Source: Longimicrobiales bacterium
GTDB taxonomy: Bacteria; Gemmatimonadota; Gemmatimonadetes; Longimicrobiales; Gaopeijiaceae
Assembly (NCBI GenBank): GCA_032250975.1
Contig: JAVVFC010000001.1
Location: forward strand, 1 to 60,128
DNA length: 60,128 nucleotides
Direction of reading: 5' to 3'
A program made the position numbers and the translations under genes. The notes below the pieces were generated by a model that was not told where the DNA came from, searched no databases, and was given only the letters and a program-made list of their open reading frames with translations. Below, in pieces: positions 1 through 10,911 of this stretch; within the stretch, counting starts at the first letter, position 1, and the number at the start of each line of letters is the position of its first letter.

Positions 1-1125
1 GGCGGACGTCCCCGCCGCTCCACCCCCGCCCGCCGCATCGGGCCAGGCGCGTCCTGGCTCCGCGACCGCGAGCGGGGCGGGGGCGCGTCCGGGACTCTGG
101 CCCAGCCCGGCCCCGCTCTCCTCCCCGGCGAGGGCGCGGCGCACGGCTCGCTCCACCATGGCCTCCACCGCGCTCCGGTCCTGGAAGCGGACCTCAGCCT
201 TGGCCGGGTGGACGTTCACATCCACCGTGCCTTCAGGCATGTGCAGGAAGAGCAGGTACCAGGGGCGGACGCCCTGCGGAATCGTGGTCCGGTAGCCCCG
301 GTCCAGGGCCGCCTGAACGCCGGCGTCCCGGAAGGGGCGCCCGTTCACGAAGAGGTGCCCCCGGCGCAGCCCGGGTCCGGCGGCATCCGGGCGCTGCACC
401 AGCCCCAGCACCGCGTACCCCGCGGGTCCGTCGGACGCCGGGGCGGACGGGAGGGCGAGCAGCGTAGCCGCGGCCTCGTCCCCCCAGAGGCGGGCCACGC
501 GCTCACGCAGGTCGGACGTCGCGGGCAGGTCCAGGAGTGGACGGTCGTCCGAGACGAGCAGGACGCGTACGCCCGGGTTCGCCAGGGCCAGTGATGTGAG
601 GGCCTCGCGGCAGGCGCGCGCCTCGGCGGCGACGCTCTTCAGGAAGGCGCTGCGCGCGGGCGCGTTGAAGAAGAGGCCCTGGACCTCCACGGTGGTGCCG
701 GGTCGGCGGGGAAAGTCCGCCACCTCAAGGATCCGGCCGCCCGTGGCGCGCACCAGGGTGCCCACCGGCCCCGACCCGTCGTGGGTCTCGACCCGCAGGC
801 GGGAGACGGCGGCGATGGAGGGCAGCGCCTCGCCCCGGAATCCGAAGCTGCGCACACTGCGCAGGTCCGTCGCCGACACGATCTTGCTGGTGGCGTGCCG
901 GTCGAGCGCCAGCACGGCGTCCTCCCGCCCCATGCCGTGTCCGTCGTCGGTGACCCGGATGCGGCGCCGGCCGCCCCGCTCCACCGTCACCTCGACAAAC
1001 CTGGCCGCCGCATCCAGCGCGTTCTCGACCAGTTCCCGCACCACCGACGCCGGGCGCTCCACGACCTCGCCGGCCGCGATCTGATTGGCGACCTCGTCCG
1101 GAAGCACCCGGACCGGGGCGCGCAT
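1..1125 (-). CDS. mutL: DNA mismatch repair protein MutL (N-terminal part; 3' end beyond window edge)
   Basis: Manual translation from ATG 1125 (alternative GTG 1152): MRAPVRVLPDEVANQIAAGEVVERPASVVRELVENALDA...DDGHGM...HATSK...GFRGEALPSI, the GHKL/MutL signature. Not in the ORF track because it is open at the edge. Confidence 0.96.
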   Translation of the reverse strand, partial: MRAPVRVLPDEVANQIAAGEVVERPASVVRELVENALDAAARFVEVTVERGGRRRIRVTDDGHGMGREDAVLALDRHATSKIVSATDLRSVRSFGFRGEALPSIAAVSRLRVETHDGSGPVGTLVRATGGRILEVADFPRRPGTTVEVQGLFFNAPARSAFLKSVAAEARACREALTSLALANPGVRVLLVSDDRPLLDLPATSDLRERVARLWGDEAAATLLALPSAPASDGPAGYAVLGLVQRPDAAGPGLRRGHLFVNGRPFRDAGVQAALDRGYRTTIPQGVRPWYLLFLHMPEGTVDVNVHPAKAEVRFQDRSAVEAMVERAVRRALAGEESGAGLGQSPGRAPAPLAVAEPGRAWPDAAGGGGAAGTSA

Positions 1126-1156
1126 GCCCGGGGGCGCTCCGGACGCCGACACGGGG

Positions 1157-1936
1157 TCAGGCACCTCCGCCCCCCGGCCCCAGGCCAAACAGGGCGCGGG
1201 CATTGGCCTCCACCTTCGCGCCGAACGCCTCGGGGTCGATCCCGCGGATCTCGGCGACGCGGCGCGTGGTGAGGAGGACGTGCGCCGGCTCGTTGCGCTT
1301 CCCCCGGTGCGGTACGGGCGCCAGGTAGGGCGCATCGGTCTCCACCAGAATCCGGTCGTCGGGTACCCGCCGGATCTGGGCCTCGCCCTGAAAGCGCCGA
1401 AAGGTGACCAGACCGGAAAAGGAGACGAACCACCCCGCATCGAGCCCGGCCTCCAGCAGTCGATCACCGCCGCTGAAGCAGTGGAGGACTCCGCGCACCC
1501 CGGGGGGCAGCCCCCTGAGCGCGTCTGCCATCGGGGCATCGGCCTCCCGGCAGTGAACCACCAGCGGCAACCCGGACGCCGCCGCCAGTTCCACCTGGGC
1601 GCCGAAGACCTCCACCTGCCGGTCGCGCGGGGCGAAGTCGTAGTGGAAGTCCAGGCCGCACTCGCCCACCCCGACCACCTCCGGCTCCCACAGCAGGGGG
1701 GCGAGCGCCTCCGCCCACCCGGGCTCGGCATCCGCGGCCTCGTGGGGATGGAGGCCCGCCGTACACCAGACGTCGTCGTGCGCCCGCGCGAATTCGAGCG
1801 CGGCCCGGGCGTCGTCGGGATTGGACGCCACGCAGACCATCCCCCGCACCCCGGCCCGTCGCGCCCGCATGAGCACGGCGTCCCGATCCTCCCGGAACGC
1901 GTTCGCTGTCAGGTGGCAGTGGGAGTCGAAGGACAT
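1157..1936 (-). CDS. tatD: TatD-family deoxyribonuclease
   Basis: DSHCH, GLHPH, GECGLD, HCR, HCFSG and ETDAPYLAP motifs. Confidence 0.93.
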   Translation of the reverse strand: MSFDSHCHLTANAFREDRDAVLMRARRAGVRGMVCVASNPDDARAALEFARAHDDVWCTAGLHPHEAADAEPGWAEALAPLLWEPEVVGVGECGLDFHYDFAPRDRQVEVFGAQVELAAASGLPLVVHCREADAPMADALRGLPPGVRGVLHCFSGGDRLLEAGLDAGWFVSFSGLVTFRRFQGEAQIRRVPDDRILVETDAPYLAPVPHRGKRNEPAHVLLTTRRVAEIRGIDPEAFGAKVEANARALFGLGPGGGGA

Positions 1937-1965
1937 CCGGTTCGGGCGTTCTCCGGCCGGCGGCC

Positions 1966-2919
1966 TCAGGTGGGGATGGCGTCCGCCGCTCGCGGGGCCG
2001 CCTTGCGCTCCCTGCCCTCTCCCATCCGCTTGCGGATCTCCAGCAGGGCCGGGGAGGCGACGAAGATGGACGAGTAGGTTCCCACCACGATCCCGAGGAT
2101 CAGCACCAGCGAGAAGTCCCGGATCACGGCGGGGCCGAGGAGGAGGAGCGCCAGCAGCACGGCCAGCGTGGTGCCGGACGTGAGCACGGTGCGGGGGAGC
2201 GTCTCGTTGATGGAGCGGTTGACCAACTCCACCTGATCCTGCTTGCGGGCTCCCTTCCTGCCCAGGTTCTCGCGGATGCGGTCGAAGACCACGATGGTGT
2301 CGTTCAGCGAGTACCCCACGATGGTGAGGATGGCCGCCACCGTGGGGAGCATGATCTCGACCCGGAACAGGGCCAGGAATCCCAGGGTGATGAGGATGTC
2401 GTGCAGCGTGGCGATCACCGCCGCCATGCCGAAGCGGAGCTCGAACCTGGCGGCCAGATAGAGGAGGGTGAGCGCGAAGGAGAAGAGGATGGCCAGCGCC
2501 GCCTTGGTCTGAAGCTCGCTGCCGATCTTCGGTCCGACGAGTTCGGTGCGTGAGATCTCGTAGGACGTCCCGAAGGCCTGCGTGAGCTGGCCTTCGATGT
2601 CGGCCCGCACCTGATCGATGTTCGCGTCGGAGAGCTGGGCCCGGATCACGAACTCGTTGACCCCGCTGAAGCGCGTCACCTCCGGACCCGAGATCCCACC
2701 CAGCGCGGAGCGCACGTCCTGCACGGTGACCTCATTCTCGAAGTGGACCTGGATGAGCGACCCACCGGTGAAATCCACCCCGTAGTTCAGCCACGATCCC
2801 ATGGTGGCGGCGTTGAAGATCATCGCGCCGATGCCGACCGCGATGACAACGGCGCTCAACAGATAGGCGGGTCGACGCTTCTGGATGAACTGGAAGTTGG
2901 CGTGGCTGAAGAAGCGCAT
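1966..2919 (-). CDS. secF: Protein translocase subunit SecF
   Basis: GVDFTGG, HDILIT, GYSLNDTIVVFDRIRE, GTYSSIFVA; downstream of secD. Confidence 0.97.
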   Translation of the reverse strand: MRFFSHANFQFIQKRRPAYLLSAVVIAVGIGAMIFNAATMGSWLNYGVDFTGGSLIQVHFENEVTVQDVRSALGGISGPEVTRFSGVNEFVIRAQLSDANIDQVRADIEGQLTQAFGTSYEISRTELVGPKIGSELQTKAALAILFSFALTLLYLAARFELRFGMAAVIATLHDILITLGFLALFRVEIMLPTVAAILTIVGYSLNDTIVVFDRIRENLGRKGARKQDQVELVNRSINETLPRTVLTSGTTLAVLLALLLLGPAVIRDFSLVLILGIVVGTYSSIFVASPALLEIRKRMGEGRERKAAPRAADAIPT

Positions 2920-2925
2920 GATGCC

Positions 2926-4599
2926 TCAGATGCTGATGGGATCCGACGCCTTCCGACCCTGGAGGTAGAGAAGGAAGAAGGTTCGGGTCACGAAGAGAGC
3001 GGAGAAGAACGAGGCCACGATCCCGATGGAGAGGGTCACGGCGAAGCCGCGCACCGGTCCGGTTCCGAACTGGAACAGGATCAGCGCGGTGATGAGCGTG
3101 GTGATGTTGGCGTCCACGATCGCGGAGAGCGCGTGCCCGAAACCCTCGTCCACGGCGGTGCGGGTGGCCCGGCCGGCCGCCAACTCCTCGCGGATGCGTT
3201 CGAAGATCAGGACGTTGGCGTCCACCGCCATCCCGACCGAGAGGATCAGCCCCGCGATGCCCGGCAGGGTGAGGGTGGCGTTCAGAGCGGCCAGTCCGCC
3301 CATGACCAGGATCACGTAGACGAGCAGGGCCCCCAGCGCCAGGACGCCCGCCATTCGGTAATAGGCGATCATGACGACGAGCACGAGCAGGATGCCGATC
3401 AGGCCGGCGACCTCGCCCTGCGCGATGGATCCCGCCCCCAGCGACGGGCCCACGGTGCGCTCCTCCATGATGCGCAGGGGCGCCGGGAGAGCACCGGCCC
3501 TGAGCACCAGGGCGAGGTCGCTGGCCTCCTCCATGGGGGCGCCGGCCAGATCGATCTGGCCGCGCGCGCCGATGCGGTCCCGGATCACGGGCGCACTCAT
3601 GACCTCGCCGTCCAGCACGATGGCCAGATAGTCCCCGACGTGCTGACCCGTGAAGCGCGAGAACTCGCGCCCGCCGGCGCGGTTCAACTGGAACTGGACC
3701 TGGGGCGTGCTGAACTGGGCGTCCCGGGCCGCCACCGCGTCCTCCAGGCGATCCCCGGTCATGAAGGCGTCCGCCTCCAGAACGTAGAGCCGCTTGAAGG
3801 TGCGGGCGCCCCGGCCCAGGATCTCCGAACCCCAGTGCAGCTGGATGTCACGGGGGAATGCCCGGCGGACCTCCGGGAGACCGAGGAAGAGGTCGGCCTG
3901 GGGGATGTCCTCGGATGCGACGAGGTAGATGCCCTCGCCGTCGCCCACGTTCAGCAGCGAGGTGAATGGCCGAAGGTTGGGTTCACGCGGTCCGGATGCG
4001 GTGTCCGACGCCGGATCGCCCGCCCCCGCTGCGCTGTCGGCGGCGGCGGTGTCGGCGCCGCCGAACAGGAGTGCCTCCACATCGGCGCCGTCGGGTGCCT
4101 CCACGGCACGCCCGAGCGCCTCCAGGGAGTCCACGCCCAGCGCCGCGACGATGGCGCGGTCGATCCGGGGCAGGCCGGCCTCCAGCTCCGTGACCGGTCG
4201 CACCAGCTTGAACTCCAGGAAGGCGGCCTGCTGAACGATGTCCCGCGCCCGCTTCTGATCCCGGATTCCGGCCAGCTCCACGATCAGCCGCTCGGAGCCG
4301 GACTTCTGGATGAGGGGCTCCTCGACACCGAGCTCGTCGATGCGTGTGCGGATGACGCGCTCGACCCGGTCGATGGCGTCGGCCCGCGCTTCCGGTGTCA
4401 TGGTGCCGAGGGAGTCGTCAACCTCGAGCACCAGGTGCATCCCGCCCTGAAGGTCGAGGCCCAGCTTGATGGGCGACTTGACGCACTCCGAGTCGGCGTC
4501 CTCGACGCACGAGTCGTGGTAGCGATCGTAGAGCTGCCAACCGGAGATCGCGACCACCGCGAGCGTGAAGAGCAGCCGACGTCTGACGGTTTTGAACAT
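2926..4599 (-). CDS. secD: Protein translocase subunit SecD
   Basis: LGLDLQGG, GMAVDANVLIFERIREE, DANITT, GPVRGFAVTL; start taken at MFKTVRR. Confidence 0.97.
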   Translation of the reverse strand: MFKTVRRRLLFTLAVVAISGWQLYDRYHDSCVEDADSECVKSPIKLGLDLQGGMHLVLEVDDSLGTMTPEARADAIDRVERVIRTRIDELGVEEPLIQKSGSERLIVELAGIRDQKRARDIVQQAAFLEFKLVRPVTELEAGLPRIDRAIVAALGVDSLEALGRAVEAPDGADVEALLFGGADTAAADSAAGAGDPASDTASGPREPNLRPFTSLLNVGDGEGIYLVASEDIPQADLFLGLPEVRRAFPRDIQLHWGSEILGRGARTFKRLYVLEADAFMTGDRLEDAVAARDAQFSTPQVQFQLNRAGGREFSRFTGQHVGDYLAIVLDGEVMSAPVIRDRIGARGQIDLAGAPMEEASDLALVLRAGALPAPLRIMEERTVGPSLGAGSIAQGEVAGLIGILLVLVVMIAYYRMAGVLALGALLVYVILVMGGLAALNATLTLPGIAGLILSVGMAVDANVLIFERIREELAAGRATRTAVDEGFGHALSAIVDANITTLITALILFQFGTGPVRGFAVTLSIGIVASFFSALFVTRTFFLLYLQGRKASDPISI

Positions 4600-4624
4600 G
4601 GACCCGCTCGCCCTCATGAAACGG

Positions 4625-4662
4625 AAAAAAAAGCCCGGACGGCCCCGGGGGCCCGCCCGACT
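4625..4662 (-). terminator. Intrinsic terminator-like hairpin with U8 tail, just upstream of secD
   Basis: Minus strand gtcgggcgggcccccggggccgtccgggc followed by 8 T (A-run 4625-4632 on plus). Confidence 0.7.
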
Positions 4663-4678
4663 TCGGGATCAGCCTCTA

Positions 4679-4707
4679 AACCTGCTGTCGCCCCCGATAG
4701 GTGTCAA
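4679..4707 (-). promoter_or_regulatory. Putative sigma70 promoter for secDF
   Basis: TTGACA-N17-CAGGTT on the minus strand. Confidence 0.55.
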
Positions 4708-4735
4708 TTCAGGGGCGGGACGGGCGCCCCCGGTT

Positions 4736-6826
4736 TCAGACCGCGCGCCGCATGACGGCGCGCACCCGCGCGATCAGTCGGCTGGCGTCGGCGGCTTTCG
4801 TGACGAAGTCGTCCGCTCCGGCGTTCAGCAGATCCGCCTCGTCCCGGTCGGTAGCGGTTCCGGTGTGGATGACCACTGGAAGTGCGGCGGTGTCCACCGA
4901 CCCGCGAATCCGGTTCAGAACCTCCCGCCCGTTCAGGCCCGGCATCATCAGGTCCAGAATCACCAGGGAATAGGCGGGGTCCGACTTGAGGATCTCCAGC
5001 GCCAGTTCCCCGTCCGACGCCTCGTCGATCTGAAAGCCATCCGCCTGCAGGAGGGTGCGGGCCATGAGCCGGGCATCAGCGTCGTCGTCCACGATCAGGG
5101 CGCGAGGCGGTCCCTTCTCGACCTCCTCCTTCTCCTCCTCAACGACCTGGCCCAGGACCCGCTCCACTTCCACCAGGGTGGTCTTGCCGGCGCGCACATG
5201 GTCGAGCGCCACCTCCGACATCGGCCGCATGCCCCCCCGACGCGCAACCCGGGCCAGCGTCGCGTGGCCCTTCCTCTGCTCCACGGCGGCTTCGAAGCGC
5301 GGGCCGGCAACCACGACCTCGACCACGGGAATCCGGCCCCGATACCCGGTAAAGCCGCACTGCTGGCACCCGACCGCCCGCACGAGCGGCTCAACCCCGT
5401 GTACCGCAGCCAGTCGGGACTCCTCGGGAGTCAGGTTGCCGCGCACCGACTCGGCGCAGGCCGAGCAGACCCGTCTGAGGAGCCTCTGCGCGAGCGCGCC
5501 CCGGAGCGTCTGCGCGATGGTCGGGAACGGCAGGCCCATGTCTGCCAGCCGCCCGACGGCCGCCACCGCGTCGTTGGCATGGACCGTTGCCAGCACGAGG
5601 TGCCCGGTCATGGCCGCCTGAGCGGCGACCTCGGCGGTCTCCCGATCCCGGATCTCCCCCACCAGGATGACGTCCGGGTCCTGGCGCAGCATGGCCCGGA
5701 GCGCCGAGGCGAAGGTCACGCCCTGCTTCACCTCGACCTGGGTCTGGGTGATGGCCGGCAGGTCGTACTCGATGGGGTCCTCCACGGTCATGATGTTGAC
5801 CTTCCCGTCCGCCATCTCGCGCAAGGCGCCATAGAGCGTGGTCGTCTTGCCGGACCCGGTGGGACCGGTGATGACCACGATTCCGTCCCGGTGCGTAACC
5901 AGTCCCCGCAGCCGCGCCAGTTCCTCGGCGGTCAGGTCCAGATCGTCCAGTGTGAATGCGGCCGAGGAGTCGAGGATGCGGATCACGCACTTCTCGGAAC
6001 CCGCAGCGGGGAGCGTCGAGACCCGCAGGTCGTAATGCAGGTCCCCGATCCGGACCCGCGCCTTGCCGTCCTGGGGACGGAGCCGGTCGGCGATGTCCAG
6101 CCGTGAGAGGATCTTGATGCGCGAGATCACACGGTTCACGGCGGACATGGGAAGGTCCATGTGCTTGCGCAGGACACCGTCCACCCGGTAGCGCACGGTG
6201 CCGCCGCGCCGCCCCGGCTCGATATGGATGTCGCTGGCCCCCTGAGCGATGCCGTCCGAGATGATCAGGTTGGTGAGTCGCACCATGGGGGTGGCGTCCA
6301 CGTCCCCCTCGGACACCTCCTCGGGACCGGACTCCTCCACCAGGGTGAGGGCGTCGGCAGCGTCGAGTTCGGCCCCCAGGGATCCCAGGATGGCCTCCAC
6401 CTGCCGCTCGGGTGCGAAGCGCGCGTCCAGCGACGACTGGATGGCCGACGGAGAGGCGATCTGGAACTCCACGGTGCGTCCGGAACTGAACCCGACCGCG
6501 CGCTCCATCTCCACATCGGTCGGGTCGCACGTGGCGACGGTGACGCGGCGCCCGGCCTGCCGCACCGGAAAGACGTGGTGCTTGCGGGCGAGCGACTCCG
6601 GCACGACCTGGGCCGCGGAGGGGTCCGCCATGTCCAGGTCGGCGGGCTGCAGGTGGTAGTACTCCGCGACCAGGTGACAGAGCGCCTCGTCCGACAGCCC
6701 GTAGGCGCGCGTGGCGATCCCCCAGGCCTCGCGAGCCGGCAGGGCGGCGTCCAGTCCGCTGGAGGACGAGGCCGAGTGGCCCGCCCGCTCCGCGATGCGC
6801 GCAAGCCAGTGACTCGGACCCGTCAC
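4736..6826 (-). CDS. GspE/PilB-family secretion/pilus assembly ATPase with C-terminal response-regulator receiver domain
   Basis: ASDIHIEP, RYRVDG, LDIADRLRPQDG, Walker A GPTGSGKTT, TVEDPIEY, LRQDPDVILVGEIRD, His box TGHLVLATVH, Zn site CSAC..CQQC; C-terminal ALIVDDD..ILDLMMP..IHTG..DFVTK receiver. Confidence 0.92.
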   Translation of the reverse strand: MTGPSHWLARIAERAGHSASSSSGLDAALPAREAWGIATRAYGLSDEALCHLVAEYYHLQPADLDMADPSAAQVVPESLARKHHVFPVRQAGRRVTVATCDPTDVEMERAVGFSSGRTVEFQIASPSAIQSSLDARFAPERQVEAILGSLGAELDAADALTLVEESGPEEVSEGDVDATPMVRLTNLIISDGIAQGASDIHIEPGRRGGTVRYRVDGVLRKHMDLPMSAVNRVISRIKILSRLDIADRLRPQDGKARVRIGDLHYDLRVSTLPAAGSEKCVIRILDSSAAFTLDDLDLTAEELARLRGLVTHRDGIVVITGPTGSGKTTTLYGALREMADGKVNIMTVEDPIEYDLPAITQTQVEVKQGVTFASALRAMLRQDPDVILVGEIRDRETAEVAAQAAMTGHLVLATVHANDAVAAVGRLADMGLPFPTIAQTLRGALAQRLLRRVCSACAESVRGNLTPEESRLAAVHGVEPLVRAVGCQQCGFTGYRGRIPVVEVVVAGPRFEAAVEQRKGHATLARVARRGGMRPMSEVALDHVRAGKTTLVEVERVLGQVVEEEKEEVEKGPPRALIVDDDADARLMARTLLQADGFQIDEASDGELALEILKSDPAYSLVILDLMMPGLNGREVLNRIRGSVDTAALPVVIHTGTATDRDEADLLNAGADDFVTKAADASRLIARVRAVMRRAV

Positions 6827-7713
6827 GGGCGCACCATCCTTCGTCCGTGCTTCTCAATGTTCATGTCCGCACCGGCCCGGGCAACGAGGTCTCCGAGCTC
6901 CATCTCCGGAGCCCCTTCGTCCCGTACGACCCCAACGCTGACGGACAGCTGGAAGGGGTCATCGGAGTCGCGGTTGTACGCCGCCACGGCATCACGGATC
7001 CGGCGCACCAGGAATTGAGGGGGCGCTTCGGAGGTCTCCGGCGCCAGCACCGCGAACTCGTCCGGGCCCACCCGTGCGATCAGGTCGGAGTTCCGGAAGG
7101 CGTCCTCGAGCACGCGCGCCACCCGCTGAAGGGCGCGGTCCCCCATGTGATGTCCGAGGGATTGGTTGATGTTCCTGAATCGGTCCAGATCGAGATAGAT
7201 CAACGTCACGCACTTTCCGGCGCGGCGCGCGAAACGAAGGTAGCGCGCCCCCAGTTCGTTGAAGCCCCTGTGGTTGTAGAGACCGGTAAGATCATCGATC
7301 AGAGAGAGGCTCCGCAACGCGGACATGAGCCGGTGACGTTCGACCGCGTGCCGCAGGATCCGGATGAGGAGCCTGGGGGTGAGCTCCCGCTCCGGGACGA
7401 AGTCCTGGGCCCCGCCGCGCATTCCCTCCCGGGCCATGCCTTCGTCTCCAGCCTCCGTGACGACGACCACCGGCACCTCGGGTGCGAAGGCGCGCATACG
7501 CTCCAGGGCCTCCAGTCCCTCGCTGTCGGGCAGGCGCAGGTCCAGGATTACCACGTCCGTGCGTCCGCGCGCCAGGACCACGAGCGCCTCCCGCAGCTCC
7601 AGCGCCCGCTCGACCGCGAAGACGCCGGGCTCTCTATCCAGGAAACCCTGCAGGCGTCGGTAGGCGGCCTCGTCGGGCTCGACCAGGAGTACGTGGAGGG
7701 CGCGCTTGCTCAC
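6823..7713 (-). CDS. REC-GGDEF protein with degenerate active site (GPDEF)
   Basis: GTG start at 7713; VLLVEPD..ILDLRLPD receiver; DDLTGLYN, LDLDRFRNINQSLGH, RNSD-LIARV-GPDEF. Confidence 0.88.
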   Translation of the reverse strand: MSKRALHVLLVEPDEAAYRRLQGFLDREPGVFAVERALELREALVVLARGRTDVVILDLRLPDSEGLEALERMRAFAPEVPVVVVTEAGDEGMAREGMRGGAQDFVPERELTPRLLIRILRHAVERHRLMSALRSLSLIDDLTGLYNHRGFNELGARYLRFARRAGKCVTLIYLDLDRFRNINQSLGHHMGDRALQRVARVLEDAFRNSDLIARVGPDEFAVLAPETSEAPPQFLVRRIRDAVAAYNRDSDDPFQLSVSVGVVRDEGAPEMELGDLVARAGADMNIEKHGRRMVRP

Positions 7714-7862
7714 CGGTCCGGCAGGGGGCACGGGGGAGTGGGTCGGGGAGGTTGGGAAGCTACCCGGCGTGAAGACGGGCCGCCACCTCCCCCGCTCCGG
7801 CGCCCACGGCCCGGACTCCGGTTCGCTCCGAGGTCCCTCGGATGGATCCGCCAGGACAACGC

Positions 7863-8275
7863 TCAGCGCGGCAGGTTCCGGAGGATGGCATCGAGGAGGG
7901 ACTGCATCTCGAAGGGCTTGGCGATGACCTCGACCGCCCCGAGCATGTCGGCGTCCTGGAGCAGCGACGTCTTGGGGACCCGCCCGCCACCCGACATTGC
8001 GATGACCGGAATGACGTGGCCGGCCGCCTGCATCTCGAGCAGGAACTCGATGCCGTTCATCTCGGGCATGTTGAGGTCCGAGAGGACGAGGTCGGGCGCC
8101 TCGGCCTCGACCATGAGGAGGGCTTCGGCTCCGCCGTCCGCCTCCAGCGCAGCGCACCCCAGGTGGCCGAGCCAGCGCACCAGGGCGCGTCGCAGGGTCA
8201 CGTCGTCGTCCACCACCAGGATGCGCACTCCGGCCAGCGTCCGGTGCGGACCGGACGGAGTCGTGGATTCGCCCA

Positions 8276-8279
<4 letters not shown>
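7863..8279 (-). CDS. Single-domain response regulator (CheY-like)
   Basis: ILVVDDD, LSDLNMPEMNG, IAMSGG, IAKPF; ATGA overlap with the upstream gene. Confidence 0.9.
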
Positions 8280-9387
<1,108 letters not shown>

Positions 9388-9391
<4 letters not shown>

Positions 9392-10875
9392 CCGGCGTCC
9401 TCCGCGAGTGCGGTGCGGACCGCCTCCGCCAGTTCGGCGACCGCCCACGGTTTGGGCAGGAAGCGCACGTCCGGAAAATCCCCCGGGTCCCAGGGCGCCG
9501 CCGCATACCCGCTGGTGAAGACGAAGCGCGGACGGTGGTCCCAGCGGCGCACGGCGTCGTAGAGGTCCGTGCCGCTGCCATGAGGCATGATCAGGTCCGA
9601 AACCACGACATCCACCTCCGAGCGGTGATCCATCAGGGTGGTGAGCGCCTCCATGCCGTCCGAGGCGGTGAGCACGGCATAGCCCAGGTCCCGCAGCGCC
9701 CGCGCGGCGGCGCGCCGGAGCGGTTCCTCGTCCTCGGCGAGCAGGACGGTGACGTGGCGATCCCCGACGGCCGCCGCGGGATCGGCGCCTTCGGGCACCT
9801 CGGCAGGGGGCGCGACCGCCGGCAGCCGGAGCGTGAAGACGCTCCCCTGGCCGGGCTGGGAATCCACCGCCACCTCTCCACCCAGCGCGTCCACGATGCC
9901 CGACACCACCGCCAGCCCCATACCCGTCCCGTAGCCCGGGACTTTGGTCGTGAAGAAGGGGTCGAAGACGCGCAGAAGCGTATCGGCGTCCATCCCCACC
10001 CCGGTGTCGCGCACCGTGAAACGCACCTGGGGCGCGTCTCCGACCCCTGCCGACTCGCAGGCGGCGGAGATGGTCAGGGTTCCGCCCCGGGGCATGGCGT
10101 CCACGCCGTTGCGCGCCAGGTTCACCAGCGCCTGTTCGAGTGCGAGCGGGTCGGCCATCACGTGGCACCCGCCCGCCTCCATCTCGACCCGCACTGCCAC
10201 CGAAGCCGGCGCCAGCCGCCGCATGAAGCGCTCCACCTCCTGCAGCATCGCATCGACCAGGACCGGCCGGGGGCTCAGATCGCCGTCGCGGGAGAACAGA
10301 ACGAGCTTGCGCACCAGCTCCCCGCCCCGCCGGGCGGCGGCCACGATGTCCGCCACCTCGGGTTCGGGCGGGCTCCCCTCCGCCCGACTCATGTCCAGGA
10401 TCTGGGCATTGGTCAGGATGCTGGCGAGCAGGTTGTTGAAGTCGTGGGCCATTCCGGCCACCAGCTGTCCGGCGGCGCCGGCGCGATGGGCCATCAGGAG
10501 CTGCGCCTCCAACTCCTTCTCGCGGCTCACGTCCTCGCCGATACCCACGTAGTTGACCACGCGGCCGTCCACGTCGCGCACCGGAAAGATGGTGCTGCGC
10601 TGCCAGTACTCGCGCCCGTCCCGGGTCAGGTTGACGAATTCGCCCGTGAAGCTCTCCCCCGCGGACAGCCGCTTCCACATGTCCCGGTAGAACGCGGCCG
10701 ACTGCCGCTCACTTTTGAGGATCCGGGGGTTCTGGCCGACGGCTTCGGCCGACGGGTACCCGGTGATGCGCTCGAACGCGGGATTGACGTACTCGATCGT
10801 GCCGGAAGGGTCGGTCACGATCACGATGGACGCCGATTGCTCGACGGCAGCGGAGAGGAGGCGCTCCTTGCGCAT
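9388..10875 (-). CDS. Soluble PAS-HisKA-HATPase-REC hybrid sensor histidine kinase
   Basis: PAS (IEYVNPAFERITGY), H-box AHDFNNLL, N-box NLARNGVDAM, DTGVGM, FDPFFTTK, GTGMGL, C-terminal receiver (LAEDE..SDLIMP..TSGY..PKPW); no TM segment. Confidence 0.93.
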
Positions 10876-10881
10876 CCGTTG

Positions 10882-10911
10882 AATGTGCCGGACGGCGCGG
10901 GAGGACGTCAA
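10882..10911 (-). promoter_or_regulatory. Putative leaderless promoter for the signalling cluster
   Basis: TTGACG-N18-CACATT-N6-ATG(10875); the -35 overlaps the esterase stop codon. Confidence 0.45.

Noticed and set aside
4600-4617. Upstream ATG (MRASGS) as a secD leader or arrest peptide
   Set aside because: In frame with secD and only six codons long; at most an alternative start.
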